From an uncultured bacterium (GTDB lineage: Bacteria; Omnitrophota; Gorgyraeia; Zapsychrales; Aceulaceae), in assembly GCA_937930175.1 (NCBI GenBank), contig CALGLP010000011.1, forward strand, positions 28,776-92,775: a stretch of DNA of 64,000 nt. The letters run 5' to 3'. Each line of letters begins with the position of its first letter. Position 1 is the stretch's first letter. The position numbers and the translations under genes were made by a program. Positions 1 to 7,425 of the stretch are shown here, piece by piece. Below the pieces are notes generated by a model. That model made no database searches and was not told the origin of the DNA. It saw only the letters and a list, made by a program, of their open reading frames with translations.

Positions 1-1947
1 CACAAGAGCTTTTTCAGATTCATCCGTGATATTTGCAAGTAACTCACGAGAAGCTTTGGCTTTTGCCTTATTAATACCCTCAACGGATTTAATAGTCTCT
101 GCAACTTCACCTTGATACTCTAAAGCTACGGGAATAAACATGGTCTTGGCCATATCCACCGCGAGCCTTCCCTCATAATCAAGGATCGTTTTATACATCT
201 CTTGATAAACGTCATAACGTGAAAGAAGCTCAACCTTAGTTAAAACATTATATTTTTCAAAAAGCTTGATCGCTTCTGGCGTTGCAAGTTTTTCAAGAGC
301 TTCAGGCGTTGTCTTGAGATTCGCAAGGCCTCTTTTCTTCGCTTCCTTAACCCAATCTTCAGTGTAATTATCACCATTAAAAATCACTCTTTTATGCTTC
401 TTAATAATACTTTGAAGTAATTTCTGGACCGAAGTATTGAAATCTCTGCTAGCTTTTTTATCCGCTTCGAGAATAGTACAGATTTCGTCTAAAGCCTCGG
501 CGACAATTGTATTCAAGACAATGTTGGGACCAGATAAGCTCATGTTAGAACCAACCGCTCGAAATTCAAACTTTGCTCCTGTAAAAGCAAAAGGAGATGT
601 TCTGTTACGATCCGTGGCATCGCGCGGCAATTTTGGCAGCGAATCAACTCCGATCTCAAGCACTCCACCTTTTTTGGAGGTCTTGGCCCCACCTTTTTCG
701 ATCTGCTCAATAATATCTGTAAGCTGATCACCCAAAAAGATAGAAATGATCGCTGGCGGTGCCTCATGGGAACCCAAGCGATGATCGTTACCGGCAGAGG
801 CAACCGCAGCACGCAAAAGTTCCGCATGCGTATCCACCGCTTTGATGACCGCGCAAAGGGTCACTAAGAATTTCGCATTTTCATGTGGGTTTTCGCCTGG
901 CGACAACCAATTCTTATCATCTGGACCAACGATAGACCAATTATTATGTTTTCCCGAGCCATTGACACCAGCAAAAGGCTTTTCGTGCAACAGGCATGCA
1001 AGCCCGTGCTTTTCTGCAACCTTCTGCATCACTTCCATGCAAAGCATATTATGATCAACAGCTAAATTAAGACTCTCAAAAACAGGCGCTACTTCAAACT
1101 GCGCCGGCGCAACTTCGTTATGTCGCGTCTTGGTAGGAACACCAAGCTTCCACATTTCTTTATCTAAGTCTTCCATAAATCCAATGACGCGTGTCTTAAT
1201 GGCACCAAAATAATGATCTGCCATTTGCTGATGCTTGGCAGGTTCCTTACCAAAAAGCGTGCGGCCAGTTTGGATCAAGTCAATGCGCTCGTTGTAATAT
1301 GCGCGATCAATTAAAAAATATTCTTGCTCGCCACCAAGAGTTGCATACGCTTGCTTACCCTTGCTACTAATACCAAAAAGCTCTGCCAAGCGGCATACCT
1401 GCTTTGACAAGGCCTTCATAGAACGCAACAGGGGTGTTTTCTTATCAAGAGCCTCTCCGTGCCAGCCAATAAAATAGGTTGGAATGCACAGCGTTGTGCT
1501 TTGCACACCTTCCTTAATAAAAGCTGGACTTGTCGGATCCCATCCGGTATAACCTCTGGCTTCAAAGGTCGGCCGAAGGCCTCCCGAAGGAAAGCTTGAC
1601 GCATCAGGCTCTCCTTGGGTAAGTTCTTTACCAGAGAATTTAACGATCACCCCGCCCTCGCCATCGGGTGAAATAAAAGCATCGTGTTTTTCCGCTGTGA
1701 GACCGGTCAAAGGCTGGAACCAATGCGTATAATGCGTTGCCCCCTTAGAAACAGCCCAAGTCTTCATGGCATCAGCGACTTCATCGGCAATACTCGAATC
1801 AAGGACGCCACCGGTTCGAATGGTTGTACTCAAAGATTTATACGCGTTTTCAGAAAGGTAATTGCGCATCACCTTAAGACTAAAAACTTTCTCCCCGTAC
1901 AAATCTTGAATTTCTTTTTCTTTTCCTTTGTCTTGTGTCTCAGACAT
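1..1947 (-). CDS. glnN: Glutamine synthetase type III (GlnN), 5' part of gene; C-terminus lies beyond window start
   Basis: Hand translation of the minus strand from ATG (complement of 1945-1947) gives an uninterrupted reading frame to position 1: MSETQDKGKEKEIQDLYGEKVFSLKVMRNY...GEQEYFLIDRAYY...EVAPAQFE...HEKPFAGVNGSGKHNNWS. The length (649 codons in window, about 720+ aa full) and motifs fit GS type III. RBS GGAGG (complement of 1956-1960) lies 8 nt upstream. It is absent from the supplied ORF track, apparently because it is edge-truncated. Confidence 0.85.
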   Translation of the reverse strand, partial: MSETQDKGKEKEIQDLYGEKVFSLKVMRNYLSENAYKSLSTTIRTGGVLDSSIADEVADAMKTWAVSKGATHYTHWFQPLTGLTAEKHDAFISPDGEGGVIVKFSGKELTQGEPDASSFPSGGLRPTFEARGYTGWDPTSPAFIKEGVQSTTLCIPTYFIGWHGEALDKKTPLLRSMKALSKQVCRLAELFGISSKGKQAYATLGGEQEYFLIDRAYYNERIDLIQTGRTLFGKEPAKHQQMADHYFGAIKTRVIGFMEDLDKEMWKLGVPTKTRHNEVAPAQFEVAPVFESLNLAVDHNMLCMEVMQKVAEKHGLACLLHEKPFAGVNGSGKHNNWSIVGPDDKNWLSPGENPHENAKFLVTLCAVIKAVDTHAELLRAAVASAGNDHRLGSHEAPPAIISIFLGDQLTDIIEQIEKGGAKTSKKGGVLEIGVDSLPKLPRDATDRNRTSPFAFTGAKFEFRAVGSNMSLSGPNIVLNTIVAEALDEICTILEADKKASRDFNTSVQKLLQSIIKKHKRVIFNGDNYTEDWVKEAKKRGLANLKTTPEALEKLATPEAIKLFEKYNVLTKVELLSRYDVYQEMYKTILDYEGRLAVDMAKTMFIPVALEYQGEVAETIKSVEGINKAKAKASRELLANITDESEKALV

Positions 1948-2092
1948 TGCCTGTTCCTCCTAATTTTGATTGATCATTGAGATCTTTAGCTAATTCTTCT
2001 TTCGTATGCATAAACTTTTTACTAAATTTCTTTCCAGCATAAAACATACCTAGAAGAAATAAAACATTTAACGCAGGGACAAGGTAAGCCAT
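1940..2092 (-). CDS. Candidate 51-aa small membrane protein, translationally coupled between glnK and glnN
   Basis: [53 protein letters not shown]. Its ATG overlaps the glnK stop (TAATG) and its TGA overlaps the glnN start (ATGTCTGA). It has one predicted TM helix and a charged tail. It is below the 60-aa cut-off of the ORF track and its own SD is weak. Confidence 0.3.
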   Translation of the reverse strand: MAYLVPALNVLFLLGMFYAGKKFSKKFMHTKEELAKDLNDQSKLGGTGNV

Positions 2093-2433
2093 TATCCAAT
2101 CGCCTCTTTGCCTTCTTCTCCAGTACGAATACGAATACAGCGTGGCAGATCTAAAACAAAGATCTTTCCATCACCAATTTTATCCGTTCTTGCGCCTTTG
2201 ATTATAGCGCTAATCGTAGGTTCAATAAAGTTTTCATTTACAGCAATTTCCAAACGAATTTTCTTTAACAGATTTACTTCCTGCACGGCCCCACGATACG
2301 TTTCACTATAACCTTTTTGTTGGCCGCAGCCCAAAGCGTTGCTTACGGTCATTTTATATACCTTCGCATCAAAGAGTGCCTGCTTAACATCTGTCAATTT
2401 GTGCGGTTGAATCATCGCAATAATAAGTTTCAT
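2092..2433 (-). CDS. glnK: Nitrogen regulatory protein P-II
   Basis: 112-aa protein [13 protein letters not shown]...[10 protein letters not shown] with the typical P-II fold sequence (T-loop region YRGAVQE). It lies immediately downstream of amtB. Confidence 0.9.
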   Translation of the reverse strand: MKLIIAMIQPHKLTDVKQALFDAKVYKMTVSNALGCGQQKGYSETYRGAVQEVNLLKKIRLEIAVNENFIEPTISAIIKGARTDKIGDGKIFVLDLPRCIRIRTGEEGKEAIG

Positions 2434-2450
2434 GATTATTCTCCTTTTTC

Positions 2451-3911
2451 TTACTGTGTTGAATAAACTTCAAAACCCGCGTAGGCTTCCATGCCATGCT
2501 CATCAATATCAAGGCCGCGGATCTCTTCTTCACGTGTTACGCGCATACCAATAACAAATTTAACCACCTTCCAAAAAATAAAGGATCCTACGAGTGTAAA
2601 CACAATGGCGCTCAAAGAACCGAGGAACTGAATTCCTAAAAGCTTAAATCCTCCACCATAAAACAGTCCATTGCCGGTACTTGTTCCTGTAAGCTTATCC
2701 ACAGCGAACAAACCAACTGCAAGTGTTCCCCAGATACCGTTAGTCAGGTGAACAGCTAGCGCGCCCACAGGATCATCGATCTTTAATCGATCAAAAAATA
2801 AAACCGCGAAGACAACCAGAACGCCAGCGATCCCGCCGATCAAAAGCGACACCGGCAACGTCACAAACGCACATGGTGCGGTAATGGCAACCAATCCTGC
2901 AAGACAACCATTGATCGTCATGCCAAGATCCGGCTTACCAAGCCTTAGCCAAGCCGTTGCAGTTGCTGTCAATAAACCAGCAACAGCTGCTAAATTTGTT
3001 GTGGCCAGAATATGGCTGATCGCTTTAGCATCCGCAGCCATAGTGGATCCAGGATTAAAACCAAACCATCCCAACCACAAGATTAAACAACCCAAGGTGG
3101 CCGAACTCATGTTATGCCCAGGAATAGGGCTAGCTGAGCCATCCAAGCGATACTTTCCAATACGAGGACCCAACAGCAATATACCCACTAAACCTGCGAC
3201 ACCACCAACCGTATGGACAACTGTTGACCCGGCAAAATCAAAAAAACCTTTTTGTGCGAGCCAGCCGCCACCCCAAACCCAATGGCCGATAATCGGATAG
3301 ATAAAAGCCACAAGAAAAAGACTAAACAAAACAAAAGCTAAATACTTAACCCTCTCAGCCACGCACCCCGAAACGATGGTTGCGGCTGTACCAGCAAACA
3401 CCAGCTGAAAGAAAAACTTAGCAGTCAGCGGAATCCCTGTCCATCCGATTGCAGAATAAACCCCGGCGTAAGCTGCTCCTGCGGCTGGGCTGTTATCAGC
3501 ACCAGACAAAAAGAACAGTCCTTTGAGGCCAAGGAATCCATTGCCGTCACCAAACATCAATCCCCAGCCAACAAAATAAAATGCTATCGTACTCACAGCA
3601 AAGACAATAAAATTCTTTGATAGGATGTTAACTGCGTTTTTCGCGCGACAAAACCCCGACTCCACCAAGGCAAAACCTGCGTTCATCCAGAAGACTAAAA
3701 ACGCAGTCACCAGCGTCCAAATAGTATCCATAATCACCTTCTGGTCTGTCATGGCCTGGGTTAAAGCAGCGATCTTATCGCTTAGACCAGCGCTCGTCAT
3801 CTCCTGTGCCCAGCTAGGCCCCACAAACCCTAACAACGCTCCAAAGAGTAAAACCGGTAATATCCGTAAAATCTTTTTATGCAACATTTTATCCTCCCTA
3901 CCCTGAATCAT
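2451..3911 (-). CDS. amtB: Ammonium transporter
   Basis: 486 aa, polytopic, with Amt/MEP family signatures ([20 protein letters not shown], signal peptide). Classic amtB-glnK pairing. Confidence 0.9.
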   Translation of the reverse strand: MIQGREDKMLHKKILRILPVLLFGALLGFVGPSWAQEMTSAGLSDKIAALTQAMTDQKVIMDTIWTLVTAFLVFWMNAGFALVESGFCRAKNAVNILSKNFIVFAVSTIAFYFVGWGLMFGDGNGFLGLKGLFFLSGADNSPAAGAAYAGVYSAIGWTGIPLTAKFFFQLVFAGTAATIVSGCVAERVKYLAFVLFSLFLVAFIYPIIGHWVWGGGWLAQKGFFDFAGSTVVHTVGGVAGLVGILLLGPRIGKYRLDGSASPIPGHNMSSATLGCLILWLGWFGFNPGSTMAADAKAISHILATTNLAAVAGLLTATATAWLRLGKPDLGMTINGCLAGLVAITAPCAFVTLPVSLLIGGIAGVLVVFAVLFFDRLKIDDPVGALAVHLTNGIWGTLAVGLFAVDKLTGTSTGNGLFYGGGFKLLGIQFLGSLSAIVFTLVGSFIFWKVVKFVIGMRVTREEEIRGLDIDEHGMEAYAGFEVYSTQ

Positions 3912-3929
3912 CAGGGATTTAAATTTACG

Positions 3930-4730
3930 TTAAAAATTATAAGTTAATGTCGTTCCCCAGAAAAATTCATCTTTACGCTTAGTCTCCCCCTCCTTGGCGA
4001 CCCCTCCAAATGGCGCATTCCAATTAACGCTAGGAGACAACTTCAAGCTCTTCGTGAGCGGAACAGTAAAGCCTGTAGTCAGGAGCACATCTCCGCCCTC
4101 GCCTGTAATAAAGAGATGCTTATTGTATCCCACATGACCACTTAAATCCAGCGTCACGCCATAAGAAGGAACGATCTCAAGGCTTTTAGCAAGATTGAGA
4201 ACCAGGTAATCTCCGTCTCCGCCGCCTTGGCTCTCCCGGCCGTGATCATGATACCATGTCAACGTCGGAGAAAGAAACGTTTCATACCCAAGCCCCAGGA
4301 TCGACTCCTTGCTAAAAGTCCCGGCCCCTGAAAAATCATAATAGACATAACCGGCTGTCACAGAAAGGGGCTGAAGATCCATCTTCCCTAGTTTTAAATT
4401 CTCAAACTTATGCGTGTAAGTCAGCGTGGTATCTATTTCGTTTGCATTAGGGGCATCGCTATAATCGCTAACCCCAAAATTACCCCAAACGTTCAAATTC
4501 CAGCCTTTAAAAGCGCTGACATTGATGCTTGGCTGAACAACATAGTCGTCATAGAGACGAAATCCACGCCACATATACTTGGAATAAAAGGACGTCGCTC
4601 CGCTAACTTCAATCTCTGCGCTCTTAAAAGCATCTCCAAAAAGAGTCTTGCTTTCTTCGGCAAAAGCAAGGCGCCCGAGACCCAGCCCTAAAATGACCCC
4701 GATAATACTTAACAAAAATTTATTTTTCAC
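3930..4730 (-). CDS. Outer-membrane beta-barrel protein, TorF/Gcw_chp-like putative porin (GTG start)
   Basis: Signal peptide, then SFYSKYMWRGFRLYDDYVVQPSINVSAFKGWNLNVWGNFG, which is the Y-x-x-RG...QP...GW...W-x-N pattern I recall for the Gcw_chp/TorF family. Beta-strand-like alternating pattern and C-terminal aromatic (F). GGAGG RBS 5 nt upstream of GTG. Confidence 0.45.
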   Translation of the reverse strand: MKNKFLLSIIGVILGLGLGRLAFAEESKTLFGDAFKSAEIEVSGATSFYSKYMWRGFRLYDDYVVQPSINVSAFKGWNLNVWGNFGVSDYSDAPNANEIDTTLTYTHKFENLKLGKMDLQPLSVTAGYVYYDFSGAGTFSKESILGLGYETFLSPTLTWYHDHGRESQGGGDGDYLVLNLAKSLEIVPSYGVTLDLSGHVGYNKHLFITGEGGDVLLTTGFTVPLTKSLKLSPSVNWNAPFGGVAKEGETKRKDEFFWGTTLTYNF

Positions 4731-4855
4731 TTTATCCTCCTTTTTTCTTTGAGAGGATCTTTCTTCTAAAAAGAAAAATCCTCGATTAAGCCTGACTCAC
4801 TTTTCCTAAAAATGACCTCTAAGAAAAATGAACTCTGCCAACATTGGCTTTTCGA

Positions 4856-4869
4856 GGACTTCATTGCCC
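4856..4869 (-). promoter_or_regulatory. ANTAR-type hexaloop hairpin, copy 1 (RNA GGGC-AAUGAA-GUCC)
   Basis: Same stem, loop AAUGAA (A1, G4). Its 3' CC is shared with a long-range stem (CCUCGAAAAGCC...GGCUUAAUCGAGG, + coordinates 4780-4857) that is followed by AUUUUUCUUUUU. This third terminator-like structure is a weaker call. Confidence 0.45.
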
Positions 4870-4912
4870 TGCGACAACTTATTTTCATCGACATTTCGTA
4901 AGTTACATCCTT

Positions 4913-4954
4913 ACACAAAAAAACCCGACAACCCCTTATCCTCGGAGATGTCGG
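4913..4954 (-). terminator. Intrinsic terminator T2 inside the leader (CCGACA-U-CUCC...GGGG-U-UGUCGG followed by U7)
   Basis: Minus-strand RNA CCGACAUCUCCGAGGAUAAGGGGUUGUCGG followed by GUUUUUUUGUGU. Confidence 0.5.
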
Positions 4955-4966
4955 ACTTCGCTGCCC
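4953..4966 (-). promoter_or_regulatory. ANTAR-type hexaloop hairpin, copy 2 (RNA GGGC-AGCGAA-GUCC)
   Basis: Same stem as copy 3, loop AGCGAA (A1, G4). Its 3' CC is shared with the 5' strand of terminator T2. Confidence 0.55.
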
Positions 4967-4967
4967 G

Positions 4968-5009
4968 ATAAAAAAAGAAAACTCTTAAACCCTTCAACGG
5001 ATTTAAGAG
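4968..5009 (-). terminator. Intrinsic terminator T1 inside the leader (11-bp stem, GUUGAA loop, UUUUCUUUUUUU)
   Basis: Minus-strand RNA CUCUUAAAUCC-GUUGAA-GGGUUUAAGAG followed by UUUUCUUUUUUUAUC. Confidence 0.6.
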
Positions 5010-5022
5010 GACTTCGTTGCCC
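5009..5022 (-). promoter_or_regulatory. ANTAR-type hexaloop hairpin, copy 3 (RNA GGGC-AACGAA-GUCC)
   Basis: 4-bp stem (one G.U) closing a hexaloop with A at loop position 1 and G at position 4. Its 3' strand shares 1 nt with the 5' strand of terminator T1. Confidence 0.55.
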
Positions 5023-5034
5023 TGCATTGATGAA

Positions 5035-5063
5035 AATATACATCACTGCTTTTGTTTTGTCAA
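5035..5063 (-). promoter_or_regulatory. Sigma70-type promoter of the nitrogen operon leader (-35 TTGACA, 17-nt spacer, -10 TATATT)
   Basis: On the minus strand: TTGACA (complement of 5058-5063), 17 nt, TATATT (complement of 5035-5040). Predicted TSS near 5028, giving a leader of about 300 nt before GTG at 4730. Confidence 0.5.
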
Positions 5064-5314
5064 GAAAATATTTTTCACCTGCTTTTTCACTACAAATCTT
5101 CACTACATCCTCGGCCTTGAAAAATATCCATTCCCGCTCGACACCGAAGGCACACGTTCACCCCCGGACGCCTGGAAAGAAAAAAACTACTTCTTATTCT
5201 TTTTTGGCTTCTTGATTTTTTTGTCTTTCTTTCCTTTGCTTTTATCTCCCAAATCTCTAGCCCCCCTTCCACTCTCTTCTCGTTCACACCCAAGGACACA
5301 TCGGAATCAATACC

Positions 5315-5479
5315 TTAAACAACTTCTTGGATCTCGCTTGTCACTACCTCAACCTGACCAGACTCGGACAAAGCCCGCATCGCCTTCTTTTCTAATTTTC
5401 TTTGTTTCTTTTCTTCAACCTTCTTTTTCTTCGCCAACTCTTTGAGATACTTTTGATGTGAATAATTATCCCTCGCCAT
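5315..5479 (-). CDS. Candidate 54-aa Lys/Glu-rich small protein
   Basis: ATG preceded by AGGAGA 7 nt upstream; MARDNYSHQKYLKELAKKKKVEEKKQRKLEKKAMRALSESGQVEVVTSEIQEVV. The surrounding DNA is purine-rich, so the K/E content may be compositional. Coding status is uncertain. Confidence 0.2.
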   Translation of the reverse strand: MARDNYSHQKYLKELAKKKKVEEKKQRKLEKKAMRALSESGQVEVVTSEIQEVV

Positions 5480-5526
5480 AACACTCTCCTTGATCTCCCT
5501 CTATTGCTGTAGGCTCAATAGAGAGG

Positions 5527-5555
5527 AATAAAAAAGGCAACCCCGATGGATTGCC
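5527..5555 (-). terminator. Intrinsic terminator after the GAF-GAF-ANTAR gene
   Basis: Minus-strand RNA GGCAAUCC-AUCG-GGGUUGCC followed by UUUUUUAUU, starting 42 nt after the stop. A second perfect 8-bp hairpin (CUCUAUUG...CAAUAGAG, 5498-5525) follows it. Confidence 0.6.
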
Positions 5556-5596
5556 TTAACACAATACTGTCGCTCTAAAGTAGAATATCTTTTCTC

Positions 5597-6838
5597 CTAG
5601 ACCTTGCGCTGAAAATCATCCATCAAGATAATGGACTCAGCAATCGCCTTCATGGTCTTGCACGAATCCATACTTTTTTTATGAATCATCTTGTACGCCG
5701 CGTCTTCACTAAGATTTTGCATGCGCATCACAATACCCTTAGCCCGCTCAATTAATTTTCGCGTCTCTAACGCCTCCTGAGCCTTAAGGGTCTCTTCCAT
5801 GAGTTTCGTATTCTCAACAGCAATAGCCGCTTGATTGGCCACCATTTGCAAAACATTAACCTCTTCCTGGCTAAACTCATGAGGATCTTGCGTATACACA
5901 TTAATAATCCCGATCACTTTATCTTTAATAACCATCGGAACAGAAACCATGGAGCTTAAACCTTCTTTAATCGCGAGATCGCGATAAGCATAACGCTCCT
6001 CGAGACGCACATCAAAAACAATCATGGGCTTTTTGGTCTTGACCACTTGCCCGCTCAAACTTTGATCCACCTTAATGTTCGGTTTACGCTTGTATTCTTC
6101 GCTTAAGCTCTGCGTGGCCTTGATCGCAAGCTCTTTTCCTTTTTCATCAAGAAGCATAATAGAACATATTTTAGAATTGATCATTTCCGCGGTAACCACT
6201 ACGATCAGGTTAAGGATCTCGTCAAGATAGCTTTCGGAGGTGATCGACTGGCTAACCTGAACGAGCTTATCAAACTGCACGGCTTTCTTCTTAGCCTCCG
6301 CATAAAGCCGGGCATTCTCAATGACCCCGCTCACTTGCTTGGCAATCGTCGACAACAACATAACTGTTTTGGGAGAATGCTGATACGGCTTCTTATGTTG
6401 AATATTAATAACACCCGTAGCCCTTTTCTTATAAATAATCGGAACCGATAGAAAGGCCTCGTACTTATCTTCTGGTAAAAGATCAAAACCTTTAAACCGT
6501 TTATCCTTGTAGGCATTTTCCTTAATATGAACGCCCTTACTTTCTTTAGCAACCCATCCAGTAATCCCTTCACCTATTTTCAAAGTCACCTTGCCTAATT
6601 CTTTAAGGTGAGGAGTTTTGGATGCCATCAAAATGAGGTTCTTTTCTTTATCATCAATGAGATAAATGAAAACGGAATCCGCTTGGGTGATTTCATTAAC
6701 GATCCCGACAACCTCAGACAAAATAGAACCAAGATCAAGTCCCGAGGAGGTCAGGTCGACGATTTTACGTAACGACATGACTTCTTGAGATGAGCTAACT
6801 TGTGTTTTTCTTTGCTTGAAACGAACACTCTCTGGCAT
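5597..6838 (-). CDS. GAF-GAF-ANTAR RNA-binding antitermination regulator
   Basis: Two GAF domains (GITGWVA...FLSVPI; SMVSVPMVIKDKVIGIINVY) and a C-terminal ANTAR domain (ALETRKLIERAKGIVMRMQNLSEDAAYKMIHKKSMDSCKTMKAIAESII). Confidence 0.8.
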   Translation of the reverse strand: MPESVRFKQRKTQVSSSQEVMSLRKIVDLTSSGLDLGSILSEVVGIVNEITQADSVFIYLIDDKEKNLILMASKTPHLKELGKVTLKIGEGITGWVAKESKGVHIKENAYKDKRFKGFDLLPEDKYEAFLSVPIIYKKRATGVINIQHKKPYQHSPKTVMLLSTIAKQVSGVIENARLYAEAKKKAVQFDKLVQVSQSITSESYLDEILNLIVVVTAEMINSKICSIMLLDEKGKELAIKATQSLSEEYKRKPNIKVDQSLSGQVVKTKKPMIVFDVRLEERYAYRDLAIKEGLSSMVSVPMVIKDKVIGIINVYTQDPHEFSQEEVNVLQMVANQAAIAVENTKLMEETLKAQEALETRKLIERAKGIVMRMQNLSEDAAYKMIHKKSMDSCKTMKAIAESIILMDDFQRKV

Positions 6839-6932
6839 CGGATTCCCTCACGACAATGATTATTTTAGTGAGAATTCATTTTAGCATAAATGGCGGGGAT
6901 AAGAACGATTTTATTTATGCTATAAACTTTTA

Positions 6933-6961
6933 TTGAAATGATACACAAAACACACTAAAAT
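6933..6961 (+). promoter_or_regulatory. Candidate sigma70-type promoter (TTGAAA, 17-nt spacer, TAAAAT) ending 6 nt before the ATG of the receiver gene; possible leaderless mRNA
   Basis: TTGAAA 6933-6938, TAAAAT 6956-6961, ATG at 6968, and no SD in between. Confidence 0.3.
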
Positions 6962-6967
6962 GTTTTT

Positions 6968-7363
6968 ATGGAAAAGAAGGGCAATCAAAAAACAATTCTG
7001 ATTATTGATGATGATGTTCTCCAGATCAAGGCGCTCGAAAAAAAGCTTCCGGAAAGCGGCTATAATGTGTTAACCGCAACCAAGGCAGCCGACGGCCTTC
7101 AAATGGCCATGAAAAAATTCCCGGACTTAATTATCTTAGACGTCATGATGCCGATCATCAACGGTTACAATCTTTGCCAATTGCTGAAAAATGACCTCAA
7201 GCACAAAAGCATCCCGATCATTATGCTGACCTCCCGCGATAGCGAAAAAGATAAGAAAATCGGTCAAGACGTTGGTGCCGATGTTTATCTGATCAAGCCC
7301 CTGGACGTACCTCTATTGCTCATAAAAATCAAAGAGTTGCTCGCCCAAACACAGCTTACCTAA
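6968..7363 (+). CDS. Single-domain response regulator (receiver only)
   Basis: ILIIDDD...DLIILDVMMP...MLTSRDS...K motif set of CheY-like receivers. Confidence 0.85.
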   Translation: MEKKGNQKTILIIDDDVLQIKALEKKLPESGYNVLTATKAADGLQMAMKKFPDLIILDVMMPIINGYNLCQLLKNDLKHKSIPIIMLTSRDSEKDKKIGQDVGADVYLIKPLDVPLLLIKIKELLAQTQLT

Positions 7364-7425
7364 ACAAAGCGAAGGCAAGCGCTTCTTACATCTTCACAAC
7401 AACTTAACAAAAAAACTATTCTTAA

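Noticed and set aside
437-1054. Short + and - strand ORFs (437-727, 540-827, 842-1054, 883-1065, 1416-1604, 1684-1980) listed in the track
   Set aside because: All lie inside, or antisense to, the hand-translated glnN reading frame. They are spurious.
1-1950. No long ORF in the supplied track over 1.95 kb at the left edge; considered alternative genetic code, pseudogene or non-coding RNA
   Set aside because: Hand translation of the minus strand gives an uninterrupted GS-III reading frame in the standard code from ATG at 1947 to the window edge. The track simply omits edge-truncated ORFs. The same happens at the right edge, where the transketolase-like frame continues past 63940.
4740-5100. 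Sigma-54 (-24 TGGCAC / -12 TTGC) promoter upstream of the nitrogen operon
   Set aside because: The only TGGCA-like match (TGGCAGagttcATTT, minus strand near 4830-4845) lacks the GC of the -12 element. A good sigma70-type promoter exists at 5035-5063 instead.
5140-5170. Sequence CGTTCACCCCCGGACGCC..GGAAAG reminded me of the glutamine riboswitch (glnA RNA) that precedes amt/glnK/GS genes in some bacteria
   Set aside because: The resemblance is on the + strand, which is not the transcribed strand of the nitrogen operon. It lies upstream of the promoter rather than in the leader. I cannot reproduce the full consensus (closing P1 GAACG arm in the right order) from memory. Only a cmsearch against Rfam would decide.
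5090-5299. 69-aa GTG-initiated ORF (minus strand) rich in K/R
   Set aside because: It has a GTG start without an SD. Its composition simply mirrors the purine-rich strand bias of this spacer. It is probably not coding.
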